DNA of 64,000 bases. Source: Squalus acanthias. Its lineage: Eukaryota. Below the pieces are notes generated by a model. It saw only the letters and a list, made by a program, of their open reading frames with translations, ran no database searches and was not told where the DNA came from. The position numbers were made by a program, and so were the translations under genes. The stretch spans positions 1,116,001-1,180,000 of the forward strand of contig CM059433.1 of NCBI GenBank assembly GCA_030390025.1. The letters are read 5' to 3'. Numbering within the stretch: the first letter of the stretch is position 1; every line of letters begins with the position of its first letter. Of this stretch, positions 63,001 to 64,000 are shown piece after piece.

Positions 63001-64000
63001 AGTACTGGTGACAGTGTTAGTACTGGGGACAGTGTTAGTACTGGTGACAGTGTTAGTATGGGGGACAGTGTTAATACTGGGGACAGTGTCAGTGCTGGTG
63101 ACAGTGTTAGTACTGGGGACAGTGTTAGTACTGGTGAAAGTATCAGTACTGGGAACATTGTTAGTACTGGTGGCAGTGTTAGTATTGGGGACAGTTTTAG
63201 TACTGGTGACAGTGTCAGTACTGGTGACAGTGTTAGTACTAGCGACAGTGTTAGTGCTGGTGACAGTGCCAGTACTGGTGAAAGTGTTAGTACTGGTGAC
63301 AGTGTTAAGACTGGTGACATTGTTAGTCCTCGTGACAGTGTCAGTACTGGTGACAGTGTTAGTACTGGGGACAGTGTTAGTACTGGGGACAGTGTTAGTA
63401 CTGGTGGCAGTGTTAGTACTTGTGACATTGTTAGTACTGGTGACAGTTTTAGTGCTGGGGACAGTTTTAGTACTGGTGAAAGTGTTAGTTCTGGGGACAG
63501 TGTTAGTACTGGTGACAGTGTTAGTACTGGGGAAAGTGTTAGTACTGGTGACAGTGTTAGTACTGGTGACAGTGTTAGTGCTGGGGACAGTGTTAGTACT
63601 GGGGAAAGTGTTAGTACTGGTGACAGTGTTAGTACTGGGGAAGGTGTTAGTACTGGTGACAGTGTTAGTGCTGGTGGCAATGTCAGTACTGGGGACAGTG
63701 TTAGTACTGATGACAGTGTTAGTAGTGGTGACATTGTTAGTACTGGTGACAGTGTTAGTACTGGTGACAGTGTTAGTACTGGTGAAAATGTTAGTGCTGG
63801 TGACAGTGTTAGTACTGGTAAGAGTGTTAGTACTGGTGACAGTGTTAGTACTGGGGATAGTGTTAGTACTGGTGACAGTGTCAGTACTGGTGACAGTGTT
63901 AGTACTTGTGACAGTGTTAGTGCTGGTGGCAGTGTTAGTACTGGGGACAGTGTTAGTGCTGGTGACAGTGACAGTACTGGTGACAGTGGTAGTACTGGTG
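51046..64000. repeat. 18-bp satellite array (>12.9 kb, runs off window)
   Basis: Continuous (GGTGACAGTGTTAGTACT)n with recurrent variant blocks. Confidence 0.99.

Noticed and set aside
50970..63734. Very long ORFs (VSTGDS)n, (TVLVLV)n and (SPVLTL)n as mucin-like or antifreeze-like proteins
   Set aside because: They arise because the 18-bp monomer lacks stops in several frames. Indels switch frames freely and both strands are open.
45524..64000. CRISPR array or telomeric repeat
   Set aside because: No unique spacers, no cas genes and no TTAGGG arrays.

Overview
Eukaryotic, repeat-dominated DNA with no host protein-coding gene that I can recognise. The repeat content (DeuSINEs, CR1/L2/RTE LINEs, Penelope-like elements, many Harbinger derivatives) suggests a vertebrate, probably a cartilaginous fish; this is inference. 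Bases 1-45 kb are a nested mosaic of mobile elements. The main feature is a structurally complete 4.1-kb PIF/Harbinger transposon (33318-37399). It carries an uninterrupted DDE transposase ORF and a convergent, intron-containing but disabled Myb/SANT gene. An internal-deletion derivative of it lies 15 kb upstream. There is also a young Penelope-like insertion with 204-bp inverted arms, a 13-bp TSD and minimal hammerhead-like cores. Bases 45.5-64 kb are an 18-bp satellite with kilobase-scale higher-order duplications. It is interrupted by a CR1 that itself contains an inverted CR1 of the same family. All components belong to known element classes. I found unusual arrangements but no clearly new biological system. 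Coordinates were read by eye, and the ends of degraded elements are approximate.
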